64,000 bases of DNA from Schizochytrium sp. TIO01 (taxonomy: Eukaryota; Protista; Bigyra: Labyrinthulomycetes). Made by a program: the position numbers and the translations under genes. Positions 11,118 to 22,100 of this stretch are shown here, piece by piece (position 1 is the first letter of the stretch; every line of letters begins with the position of its first letter). The stretch spans positions 1,340,436 to 1,404,435 of the forward strand of contig SMSO01000031.1 in assembly GCA_004764695.1 (NCBI GenBank), written 5' to 3'. Under the pieces are notes generated by a model. That model had not been told where the DNA came from. It was given only the letters and a program-made list of their open reading frames with translations, and made no database searches.

Positions 11118-12506
11118 TCAATTTGGATTTATTTTATCGAACAATGTCGACACATCATTCATAAGCTTTCGCAAACTATCTAGCGTCAGTTCTTCCTGTC
11201 GGATTTTTTCTTTTTCATTACGATGGTGTTCTTTCTCGCGGGTATAGCGAGTGTCTAGATCGAGTTTTTTCTCCCTTTTCTTCTCCAAATCCACCTTCAT
11301 CTCGTTCAGCTCCTTCTCCTTTTGTTGAATTTGCGATTCGTCGTTTTTAATCGTTTTTTCAAGATTTTGGAAGCATACCTCCATTTCTGACAAATCTTTT
11401 TCTTTCTCCTTAAGAACCTCCTTTTTCTGATTTAGAGCGTCCCAGCTGCTTTCAAACTTCTGCCTGGAATGATCATTAATGACTGTTGGAACAATCTTAG
11501 TTTTACCAGGGAATTTTATATTTTCCTGGTTCTGGATATTTTTGGCACGTTGTTTCTTCGAATTTTGTTCTAAAACAGTGCTGGAGCTTGCCTGTCGTTT
11601 GGCGCACCTCATAGTTCTCGAAGTTGAAGCAAGTATAGGCGAACTTTGGTTTATGTGCTGGCCAGGCTTAGATGCCTCCTGTCCCGTCGAGTCTTCATAG
11701 ATTTGAGATAATGTAGCCGAATCAGGAAATCCGTCTTCCTCCACCAGTGCTGGTGGAGTGTTTTTACCGCAGTTAATTTTTGAAGCTGGCCTAGCCATCT
11801 CAAAGCTCTTCTTGGCTCCAGCCTGATTATCCTTGCTCGATGGAGCGCTTGGCTGTGGCCTTCTACAATCTTCAGAAACACTAGAGTCTCCAGGTGTTGT
11901 ATTTTCGTGATTCGCGAAAATTTCAGTTCTATAGGAGGAACAGCTCGCGATTTCCGAACTGGACATGGTTTTCGCCTTCGATTCGCTACTATTAACCCTC
12001 TCCGTAGGAATTTGTTTTATTCCCAAATATCCTTTAATGACTCCTTTTCGCACCTCTCGAAGACTGAATCTTTCTATTTTCAATCTCAGTCTCTGCGTAA
12101 TGTCTTTGTTTACTTTTTCCAAGAAAGCTGGTCCGAGCCCTGTCTTGCATAACATGATGGCACCAAAAAATTCTGATGACCAATTTTTGGGGTCTTGTAG
12201 CTCCTGGTCTCCTCTGTCTGTCTTATAAATGAGAGCAAATGCATCGTTAACATCCACCACTGTTTTTCTTGGACGAAAGTTGATTTCATACGCGCCGTGC
12301 TTGATCGCAAATTTCAAGAAGGTTATAATTCTTGGGAACTCATACTCGTACTCCAAGCAGTCGGAGGAAGAATTTATTTCGACCGCCTTCGGTTTACGCT
12401 TGCTTCTGCGGAGAAGCGTAGGGCTGGTGTTCTCGAGCTTCCCTCTCTGCCTTCGCGGAGGGCCGACCATGTTCATTGAGCTGGTCTTCGGAGCTCTTTG
12501 CTTCAT
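11118..12506 (-). CDS. Hypothetical protein with a short N-terminal globular region, an S-rich disordered middle and a C-terminal coiled coil
   Basis: 462-aa ORF with a K/E-rich heptad region (LNQKKEVLKEKEKDLSEME...LDSLRKLMNDVS) and the basic NLS-like stretch LRRSKRKPK. The true 5' end is uncertain. Confidence 0.75.
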   Translation of the reverse strand: MKQRAPKTSSMNMVGPPRRQRGKLENTSPTLLRRSKRKPKAVEINSSSDCLEYEYEFPRIITFLKFAIKHGAYEINFRPRKTVVDVNDAFALIYKTDRGDQELQDPKNWSSEFFGAIMLCKTGLGPAFLEKVNKDITQRLRLKIERFSLREVRKGVIKGYLGIKQIPTERVNSSESKAKTMSSSEIASCSSYRTEIFANHENTTPGDSSVSEDCRRPQPSAPSSKDNQAGAKKSFEMARPASKINCGKNTPPALVEEDGFPDSATLSQIYEDSTGQEASKPGQHINQSSPILASTSRTMRCAKRQASSSTVLEQNSKKQRAKNIQNQENIKFPGKTKIVPTVINDHSRQKFESSWDALNQKKEVLKEKEKDLSEMEVCFQNLEKTIKNDESQIQQKEKELNEMKVDLEKKREKKLDLDTRYTREKEHHRNEKEKIRQEELTLDSLRKLMNDVSTLFDKINPN

Positions 12507-14010
12507 TCAAGCCTTGCTCCAAGCCTACCGAGAGTGAGCTGACGGACATCGTTTCATCGGCTAGGAGCGAATCGAGACACTCCCTGGTCGAGGTGCTGCT
12601 TACATCATCTTCTCCGGGTGGCGAACGAAAGTCCATCGTTACAACACTGCCTTCAGTATCTCTTTGTTCAGGTCCAGAGCCAATCTATTCGAGTTCTGCT
12701 TGCATTCAACCTGGAGACGCGAGGTTTACTCGAATTGCTGCTCTCATTCTTGAAAAATCGATTGAGAGCGCTAGTGCTAGAAAGTTCTTGCATTTTTACT
12801 ATAATCGCTAGAACTCATTACAAAATGAGGTCGCTCTCACTAATGACAGTTCAGCCAATGAGGGAGTAGCACCTACAGGTAATTTTTACCTGGGTTTAAG
12901 TGTACGCAGGTAATTGATAGTTAGCTGTTAGGTATGGAGCGATAGTAGTCCATATGGAGGTATGAAAAAGTGGAATCGCTTTATTTGCCTTTTTTTGTGT
13001 CTGAGCTGCCAGGATAAATAAAATCAGCGATAAGAAAAACATAATTGCCAAACATTATCTGTCTGAACCAAGGATCTTACATCATTCTCGTTTGATGTTG
13101 GTGAATCCACAGTAGTTGTAATGTTCAACATGTCACTTGGAATTCAAGGCAAAATAAACAAACTACTGGGATTAGTGTAGCTAATATATATTGCGAAATG
13201 TTTATGGAAAACTGATGACTAAAACCTTTTTTAAATAGTGTGAATTAAAAAAAAACCTTGTATCAAAGAGTATGATAGCAAATTTGAGTGTATTCGAATG
13301 TATGAAATAAAGAAAAAGAAAAAAGAAGACAATTGGGAAATTTAAAGTGAAAAGTAAAGAATGAAATGGTAGCGATCCTTCTCAGTGCCTCGTCCCTTTC
13401 ATGGTTGAGTTCCGGCTGAAAGGGAGCTTCTATTCCAGTATCATTTGGCTCAGTGCGCAAACGTTGGTAAGTCTATCTTAAATACTATGTTAATTATCTG
13501 CAAGTAGGTGTGTTGCAGAGCGAGTAAGGGATTCAACTTGCGGCTTGTGTTTTGCAAATGAATTAAGAAATCGATTCGCTGTTGGTATATCATTTCCTGA
13601 AAAGGTTGTATAGGCTCAAACAAAATCAAAGTAACATTATTCTTGGCTTACTACTTGAAAATGAATCTTTCCATTGTCCCAGTATACTCCTTAGTAACAG
13701 CTCATACCTTTCCATTCTCGATGTTTCACTCCAGCTTATTTATGCCTACCAGAATTGTCCTGTGAAGTTTTACACCTGCAGTAAAAAAAAAACTTCAATT
13801 TCAAACTGAGAAATCTCTAGTTGTCAATTAGCCTTAACATTACTGAAAAGAAAGGTCACATTTTTTCAATTGTTTCTGCAGCAAAAAAGGTCAAGGAATT
13901 GCAATCATCCATCTTGACCTTTGGCCACACATTCGAGCACTCTTCAATTTTACACCTACCTAGTTTGAATCGACAAGCGTCTATCTCTCCCCCCTATTCT
14001 AGCTGACACA

Positions 14011-14748
14011 ATGTTGGCTGCCTCCCGGCGTGCCTTGCATCAACGATGCGGCATGGCCTCTCATTTCCGGCTCCTGTCCAAGTCAACCATTGCTGGCGTG
14101 TCTCCTGACTCGTATAGTTCTTCCCTTGACTCCTCCCGATCTCTAGTACTCACTCACACTGCTCAAACTGATGTTTCTGGCGTTAAGCTACGTCTCATCA
14201 CCAAATCATGTGCTCTATACCGCGAGACCGACGAGTCGTCGTTGCCCTTTGAAGCTCCTTGGTGGGCCTTCTGTTGGCCTGGAGGCCGCGGTCTTACTCG
14301 ATTCGTGCTCGAGAACCCTGAGCGTTTCCAAGGCAAGCGTGTCTTAGACGTTGGCTCAGGTTGTGGCAGTGTCAGCATCGCCTGTGCCATGGTTGGCGCC
14401 CGCGAGGTTGTAGCAAACGATGTAGACGTTCTGGCGGGCGTAGCGCTCTCCATCAACGCAGAACTCAACGCCGTCAACTCCGATGTGATATCTTTCCTTC
14501 AGGAAAACCGCATTGGCGCTGGCAAGAAATACTTTGACGCTTTCGATGTCGTGCTGGTCGGTGACATGCTCTACGACCCCGACTTTTCGCCTCTTTTACT
14601 AAGTGACCTCGCGAATCACGGAGGCGTCTACTTCGGAGACCCAGGACGCACATATTGCCCTGCAGACGTGCCAGAAGAACATCTTCTTGCGAGCTATGAC
14701 TACCAGGAGGACGGCTTCAACTCTATTCGGGTCTTCAAGCTTAGCTGA
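14011..14748 (+). CDS. ETFBKMT: Electron transfer flavoprotein beta-subunit lysine methyltransferase (METTL20 family, class I SAM methyltransferase)
   Basis: It has the family motif PWWAFCWPGGRGLTRFVLENP, SAM motif I RVLDVGSGCG, and DVVLVGDMLYD and FGDPGR. The Arg/Ser-rich, acid-free N-terminus is consistent with a mitochondrial presequence. Confidence 0.9.
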   Translation: MLAASRRALHQRCGMASHFRLLSKSTIAGVSPDSYSSSLDSSRSLVLTHTAQTDVSGVKLRLITKSCALYRETDESSLPFEAPWWAFCWPGGRGLTRFVLENPERFQGKRVLDVGSGCGSVSIACAMVGAREVVANDVDVLAGVALSINAELNAVNSDVISFLQENRIGAGKKYFDAFDVVLVGDMLYDPDFSPLLLSDLANHGGVYFGDPGRTYCPADVPEEHLLASYDYQEDGFNSIRVFKLS

Positions 14749-15618
14749 TAGAATGCTTACCTGATTGACTTTTGGAAACATCATTACGCACTTCCTCTCT
14801 GGAGCATTGAAGAGCGAAGTGGTTGGAACTAGCAACTTTGGCAAGCTATGTAAAGTTCGTTTGGTATACGATGATTGCTTTCTTGCAGAAATTACTGATT
14901 GGAAGATAGAGCTGCTATCTGGACGTTCAACTTTAGCATCATCCCTCTCTGGTAGTCCAACTTTCGGACAGGCAGCACATTTGGGGCTGGTATGTGTAGC
15001 CTGCCTAATTTTTTTATTCAGGTTGACAAGGTTGGTGACGGAACTTTGGTTTTTCCAGTTCGTGATATGCACTGCGGTCACTGCTGAGGGATTTGCCAAA
15101 TGAGGGTGGTGAAAGCAATGAGCTATTTTTCTTAGTTTTTGGAGCAATCTTAAGTATTGTACATGTGAAGAGAACGAGAAGGTGAAAGTGCTAATGGTAG
15201 TTCTTCTGAGGCAAGCATAAAAACAGCTATACAGGCTGTTAGTTTGTGCAATTCGTCGAAGAACAAAATGATTTGTGTATGTAAACATATGATAACCCAA
15301 GGAGTTTGGGATGTCATAGTTAGTCGAGCCATCCGAAGTTTACCAGGACGGAGTTGAGCGGGTTGGCGTGAAGTTAGTTAAACAGTTAAATAGCCGTATC
15401 CGCTTGATTTTCTTTGCAGTGTATAGTTCTCGCTGGCACTTTCTTGCACCCTCTTCAAACACAGTAGAAGATTGATAACAATCTTGTTTGAAACTTACCT
15501 AGTAGAACCAGCAAAGCTATACTCGCACAGAGCATCTGCTCTATCCGCCTTTGTTCAGCATTCCCTTCCTTGGCGAGCTCAGATATAAGATATCTTTGAG
15601 AAAGAGAATCCCCGTTAG

Positions 15619-15930
15619 TCAGATATCATGTGGTTTAAACCAAGTCGAGAGTGTATTTACGTACTGCATCTTATCAACATCTACCCCCACTGATTGAAGC
15701 TTTTGTCTGCGTTGCGCAAACTCCTTTTCGAGTCTCTCTTCTTCCTGGCGTAGTTTCTCCTCTTTCTCAACTTCTGAGAGGTCCTCCTGTTGGTCCAGCC
15801 GTTGATCGTTGCCTGCATCTGCACCTTCAGGCTTGTTTGGTGGCGGTTTTGCGTTGAAGTCTTTTGGCAGAGCCACAACCAGAGCTGTGCCACAAACTAT
15901 TCCAATAGCGATCACCACAGACGCATCCAT
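15619..15930 (-). CDS. Small single-pass membrane protein with a charged coiled coil
   Basis: 103 aa with an ATG start, an N-terminal hydrophobic helix VVIAIGIVCGTALVVAL and the E/K/R helix EVEKEEKLRQEEERLEKEFAQRRQKL. Confidence 0.7.
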   Translation of the reverse strand: MDASVVIAIGIVCGTALVVALPKDFNAKPPPNKPEGADAGNDQRLDQQEDLSEVEKEEKLRQEEERLEKEFAQRRQKLQSVGVDVDKMQYVNTLSTWFKPHDI

Positions 15931-16976
15931 CTGTGACTTTTCACGAGCAACAGCGTCAGTTGTAAAGTATGGTGCTGTCGGAGTTAAGGTTTGGCCTGTC
16001 TTTCATTGACGAGGAGGTTAGTTCTGACCGATTAATCTTAATTTCCTTTCTTTTTTTGACTTTATTATTTATTTAAATAAACAAACAAAGAAGTAACAGT
16101 ACCAAATGTACTGAGCATCAATTTCGAAAAAAAAAAATAGTATAAAAAGTAGATGCTTTGGTCTGGTCTGGTTTGGTCTCCTTTTTTTTTTCTTGTTTCT
16201 TGTTTTATGAGGCTAACATTACGTGGTCAGCTTTCGAGCTTTCGCTGACAAGAAAAGATCCTTGAGCATTTGACTGAGGACTAAAGTTAGTCAAAGCGAG
16301 AGCAAACAATGCACCACTCACAAACTCCTACTGAGGCGAAACCACAAGTTTATGAAGCAAGTAAAGAAAGCAAGGGATGTTAAGAATTGGTACAAATGTC
16401 TTTCATATAATATCAGGGTTTTTATTCACGATTGAAAAAATAGTGAATATTTGCGTGTGTTAATTCTTACCGCAAACCAACAATCTGATCAGGAAGGGCT
16501 TTCAGAAAGGATAAAAGGCCAAAAACCTTTGCGGTATCCATCGACAACAAAGTGTATCAGTAGTTCGAAGCACCTGCGAAATAGGCAACATATGTAGACT
16601 GAGGTTAGGGCGAATGCGAATATGCAGCATCTGCAAATAGAACCTTCGAGATAATGAGTTATGGACCCAAAAGCAGAGACTTTCTTGATGATTACGAAGA
16701 CAAAACAATCAAATAGGACGAACATTGGAGAGTTCATTTCATCTCATAATCACCTGCATGTCACGAACGATAGACAACCTATATGTTTCTGAGAAGAAGC
16801 ATTTCTCTGCCCTGGAAGTTACTGTCGACTTTGGCTAACTTTTACCCATGTTTACATATCTACTTGATTTGGATCTCAGTCCAAGTACAGAGTGATACGA
16901 GTAGAATTTAACTATATCCTCTGCTAAATCATCTGATGATCACAAGCTTGCAGAACACTACAATCACGTAGACACT

Positions 16977-19193
16977 TCAATTTGTAATAGGTAGATGAAT
17001 AAGATCTGGATATAAATGTGTAACGTCCTGAAAGGTCGAGTAGATTCTACCATTACGATACTTGAACAAAGAGCGGCAGATGAAAGGTGTTCCATCTACT
17101 CGAATTGAATAGTTCTGCTGAAGAACTCTCTGATACATAACAATCAAAGGCGCCGTCTCGCGAAATGCAGTCCAATAAAAAAAAGGCGATGGGGCAAGAT
17201 GATAGTTGCATTTGCCGACTACATCGCCATGCAAGATGATCGCCGCCGTTGGGTCTGCTTGAAAGTACTGACCTGTGATTGCGTCGAATGCTGCATGACC
17301 AATAGGTCTGGATGTGTCAAAGTCCATCCCGGTAGCGTGGGGAAAACGAAAGCCATGGCCCAGGCGTGGATCTAGTCCCATCTCTTGTACTGGGACTGAG
17401 AGCTGGTGCCTCCATGTAAATGTCTGACGAAGCAAATTTTGATTTGCATCAAGTTTCACAAAACTTCTGATCGAATCTGGAGAAAGCGTATGGCAGATAA
17501 TACGCACTACTGAAGCACGTAACGAATGGCTCATTTCATGGATATCAAAAGCGAAGCGAAAACGATCTGAAGATGGTGTTATGGAGAGAGAATTCCGTCC
17601 TTGAAGGGAAGTAACAAACTCTTCAGGCTCAACGCTGAAAAGTCGCATCACATACATGAGCATCTGCGGTTCCTCTTCCCAAGCACGACGTACACTTTCA
17701 ACAAACTCGTTATGCTCGCATCCACCAAACGCACGGCGGATAAGATTTTCTACTGCATCTCCGCACTCTGATGCCACAGAAAGAAGATCCTGAGCCACTC
17801 GAGGATTCTTGGTATATGCAGGATGTCTTTGAACCACTGCAGCTGTCTCGGCCATACTGTGAAGATTCTCCAACGAGGGATTCCGCCTTGGGCGTATATT
17901 GTAGCTTCTATTTTCCTCTAAAGATCCTGCATCGGTTTCGAACAAATATTTTAAAAGCTCAGCTTCTTCATCATCTGAAGCTTCGGAGACACGATGACTG
18001 CTATTAGCACCTGCATTATTGTTGTCATGAAACGAAGAGCTTTGGAAATATTCGTTTTCAAAATCGCGGTCAGCAGCAAACCCCTTCTTAGCATGTGCGA
18101 GAGAGCCCTGGGATGTCGGTAACGTCGGATACTGCAAATTATATGATGGATCAATCATACTCTCGATCTCCACATTTGGCATTCCACCCGTTTGGGGCCT
18201 TTGTACGTTACCTGCAGAGCTTGCGAGTGATGAAGTACTGCTCATTGGGGCATTTTGATGGTGCTGAGAAGTAGTGTGATGTGAAAGAGGAGCCAAAGAG
18301 GCATAGGTATTGCTGGGTGGTGGGGCCGAGGCGTACGCGAATGTAGAAGAAGAATTTGTTGAAGAGCCTGGAATAGGAGCATGCGAGTTACGAGAAACAC
18401 GTTCAGTTGGAAGGCTTGGATCTGTAACAGCAAAACCCTGTGGTAATTCCCGCGGAGGTTTATCTAAAGTTGGTGTATCGCGAACTTTACTCTGTTCGTG
18501 AAATCCCTTGGCTCGGAAACCACTTTTACCAATAAGGAGTGGCTTATGAGACTGATCTTTTTGCAAGCTACGATAGCCATCAAAGCACGGCCAGACGCGC
18601 CGCTCGCGTAAAAGTTCAAGGAGATGGGTTTCAACAGCTGCAGGGAAGGGACGACGCTTTTTGGTTCCTGTGACGTGAGCCGTAATAGTACGCCTAAAGC
18701 TATCTTCCGGCATGACCGGGATTCCCTTTCGAGTTTTGAGCCAGGTCTCAAAACAAGCTCTAGACAGAATGCCAGAGGCATCGCATTTACTCTGATCTAA
18801 GGTTGTGAACCTTACGAAATGCATGAAAGCATCATAGCTCGTAACACCACAGGCTGACTTGTAATCGTCCTCGCCAACTTCATGGGTTTCTCTTCTTGGT
18901 GCTTCAGTTATTCCATCTTGATTAGTGCTAGACGCTGAATATGACGATGTAGATGATGGTGACTTGACAGGAGGGATGGTACTTTGTGATTTGTATTCGC
19001 CTTCGGTCATGGGCGATTCTGTGGCCGAGCTTAGGTCTTCGTAATACTTATCTAAGCTTTCACTTGAGCTTTGCTGGAGTAATCGGCTGTTTGCGTGCTG
19101 GTGCGTTGTCCAATGGAGTTGTTGTTGTTGTTGTTGTTGTTGTTGTAGTAGTTCTTCTTCTTCTTCTTCTTGGTTAAGATAACTAGACTGCAT
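16977..19193 (-). CDS. Putative transcription regulator (738 aa): polyE/polyQ, an unassigned basic helical domain and a C-terminal PAS/PAC-like domain
   Basis: Long intronless ORF; the first ATG is at 19193 (the track start at 19226 is TTG). It has low-complexity Q/S/P tracts, a compact domain SYDAFMHFV...WLKTR...SFRRTITAHVTG...RRPFP...LRERRVWPCF, and a C-terminus RVDGTPFICRS...IYSTFQDVT matching a PAC-type motif. Confidence 0.8.
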   Translation of the reverse strand: MQSSYLNQEEEEEELLQQQQQQQQQLHWTTHQHANSRLLQQSSSESLDKYYEDLSSATESPMTEGEYKSQSTIPPVKSPSSTSSYSASSTNQDGITEAPRRETHEVGEDDYKSACGVTSYDAFMHFVRFTTLDQSKCDASGILSRACFETWLKTRKGIPVMPEDSFRRTITAHVTGTKKRRPFPAAVETHLLELLRERRVWPCFDGYRSLQKDQSHKPLLIGKSGFRAKGFHEQSKVRDTPTLDKPPRELPQGFAVTDPSLPTERVSRNSHAPIPGSSTNSSSTFAYASAPPPSNTYASLAPLSHHTTSQHHQNAPMSSTSSLASSAGNVQRPQTGGMPNVEIESMIDPSYNLQYPTLPTSQGSLAHAKKGFAADRDFENEYFQSSSFHDNNNAGANSSHRVSEASDDEEAELLKYLFETDAGSLEENRSYNIRPRRNPSLENLHSMAETAAVVQRHPAYTKNPRVAQDLLSVASECGDAVENLIRRAFGGCEHNEFVESVRRAWEEEPQMLMYVMRLFSVEPEEFVTSLQGRNSLSITPSSDRFRFAFDIHEMSHSLRASVVRIICHTLSPDSIRSFVKLDANQNLLRQTFTWRHQLSVPVQEMGLDPRLGHGFRFPHATGMDFDTSRPIGHAAFDAITGQYFQADPTAAIILHGDVVGKCNYHLAPSPFFYWTAFRETAPLIVMYQRVLQQNYSIRVDGTPFICRSLFKYRNGRIYSTFQDVTHLYPDLIHLPITN
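19118..19170. repeat. Coding trinucleotide repeats (polyQ9 and polyE6)
   Basis: (TTG)n followed by (TTC)n on the + strand. Confidence 0.95.
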
Positions 19194-22100
19194 GTGGGGG
19201 AAGAAGCGTCTGGAGATATTTGGCAATTACTCGTCCAATATCAGATTTTCTCCTTTTGTTTTGGCTGGCAACACAGCTCTGTGATGCTAAGTGCAATAAG
19301 TACAACTGACTGGTGACACAATCACCCTAATCCGTCTGGCAAAGGTCAACGTGCTCCACAACAATCAGTATTGCACCTCGCCTATGCTATAATATTGCAA
19401 GACGTTGATATCTAAAGCTACCAGAGATATACGCCTTTCTAGAAGTCGCTTGAACACTTGTGGACAAATTTGAGCAGGTCAACCTAGTTCAAAAAATCCG
19501 TGGCAGATTCTCTGATGCACCAAGCAAACAAACAAATTAGAGTTAATTTCTGACTTTTACGCAAGAAAACCTTCTATCCGCAAGGCTCACGATATTGTTG
19601 TTTGTGAAGACCACTGCTACGTTGCGGTGGGAGCTTCACAAGAAGTGGGTGAGGTGCTTCGCGCTACTTCAAGTGGGAGTAACAAGTTCTTCGTCTCGAT
19701 CGCGCCTTGCAGATCTGGCGTATAGGCTCCACGAGTTTTGCAGGAGCTGGCAGGCCTGCTTCACGCGTTGCGCCAGCGCCGCCTCTCCACGCCTGCGGAC
19801 CCGAAGCAGCCTCGCTCTCGAGCACGCCCCAAAGTGGACAGGACCAATCGACTTTGATCGAGTGATCTTAATTCCCCTTATCAAATTAGGCATTCATTGT
19901 ACTTACTTTAAGTTTTCATAATCCGAGTTACTCATTTCTATGGAAGTTTGCTCACCAGAACTTGGGAAACGATTAGAACGACAAGAGAACAGCGTACTCG
20001 AAAGAGAGGAAACTAAGAGGAAAACATGGAGAACAGCTTTGAAAGGCTCTTGAACTGTTCAAAGTGAAGTTTTCCAGAGAGTGGAACAGACCCTAAAAAG
20101 TGGAACTACTGTATTTAACTTTCAGAAAGTATGAGAGAACTTGGAGTAAAAGGAAAGGGCCAATTCTTCATGCCAGGCTCGCTGCAAGAGCTCTTCGTGT
20201 AAAACGAGCTCACATCTAAGAGGCGGGCACTCTGGCTGGACCCTCCGTGCCAGGTCTCCGCAAATCCCCAAGGAGCCTCAAAGTCGCGAAGACTTGGTAA
20301 CGATGCGAAAGAACGCACGCCTGTTCGTTCGTTTGTACATTTTAAGGTCTTTCCATGTCTTTCCAATGGACAACTTGAACTAAAAGGTGCCTAGTGGCTA
20401 TAGTTACCCCTACTCGCCTTCGTAGATGTTCATTTGGTCACAACAGCGTATTTTATTCCACTGTGTGGTGTCCGAAAAGTATTTCCCTCCTTGTTCACCT
20501 TTGGGCGCCTGTCTTTTATTGCGTTCTGTCTCCTGTCCCTGAACAGGACTCCTTCCTGCCCACAGAGTCCTTGCCTACACCCCGTGTTGAGTGGAACAGA
20601 ACGAGAAGCGCATTTCAGTAAATAAATACGGAAAGAACACTGGGTGTATGACAGCAGGTCTGAAGTACGTTGTGAAAGACTCGAAGCTAAAGAACTTCCG
20701 CAACAACCCATTACTAAAATATTGTTTGATAGAGTTCACATACATGTGGTATAGGCGATGGGGTGTAGGGTAGGAGTTATTGAAAAGTGACAATGGAAAC
20801 TTGACGCGTCTTTTTTTTTAAAATTACTTCCGAGACTTGTGCTGTGAAACTTTTGATCTTGATCAAGTTTTTTGTGGCCTCAAGGTTGAAAAGTAGACGA
20901 GAGAAAAGATGGCAAAGCTTCTCATCGACCAGGCAGGTGGTTTCGAGGGATGACTGCTCGAACCTGTGGATTAGACTTTCTTTTTTCTTTTTTTTTTCAA
21001 TAAATGCAACGATGGAAAAAGCTCAGAAATACGCTAAGCGACAGAATCATCATAAATAATCATGAACTTGAATGCGGCAAGATCAAACACTAGTGGGCCT
21101 GGTGTCCAGGATAATGAGAGTTTAGTGTCTGATCCGGTAGCAACTTCAGGCTTGTGAAGATCCCTACGACCTAGCGGCAGGGAAATTGATTACCATGATA
21201 CTAGTTAAGTTGGGACCAGGCTTGTTATTGAAGAACGGTTTTCCCGTGTTTATTTATACCCTCAGGGATTTAACTCGTTTGGGGGTTTAGGTTCAATTCA
21301 ACGATGGCCGTAAATATACATGGCTGTAAGGTTTGTACAATAATTGTCTTATGGAAACTTATGGAAACAGCTCCGACATCATTAGAAAAAGTGCAACCCC
21401 AACTTCACCAATGCAAGGTTCGAATGTTAATAGAGCTTGAGACAGTCCAGTAAATGGGACCGCTCAACAGAACTACCAGTCCGCCAGTTAGCTAGTCCAG
21501 CCACTATGCATACATTCGGATGTGTTTAGAGGTGTAGTTTATAACATTTTAGTGCAGCTGAATCGATTTTGCGAGTAAAACTTCACATGGGCAATGAAAT
21601 TATCTCTCTCATCTTGATACACACGTGAGGTATTAGTGCCATATGTGGTAGGTGCTTATCCCCCCTTGCATCGATCGGTTTTTACAGTGGTTTATATTTT
21701 GATTTCTAGACTTGTGTACCGTGAAGAAATTTCATTCCCAAACTTTGACTCGATGAATATAGATAACTTTTAAGAACTATAGATATTAAATTGCTTCTCG
21801 CACGAGCTCGTGCTTTTGCTGTTCTGTTTGTGTAGTACTATGTTTATTCCCCATTTTCTTTTCGCATTCAAAGACGTTTCGCTCTTGCTATACTGCTGCG
21901 ATATCCCCGAACCTATAGACTCTTGAAGAAACTGAAAACTTTCTATCACCATACAGTACATAAGTTTGTAGTGAAACACCCAAGAGAAAAGACATGGTAG
22001 CATGTAAAAGCTCAACGCTAGGTCAATAAAGATTGGTGTAGTATCTATCTGTCAACGTGCGTCAGGCTTTATATTTTTCTAATCAGGAGCGAGTGTATTA

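Noticed and set aside
14599-15300. 233-aa minus-strand ORF
   Set aside because: It has a non-ATG start, overlaps ETFBKMT antisense and shows no domain signal. It is kept only as a weak finding.
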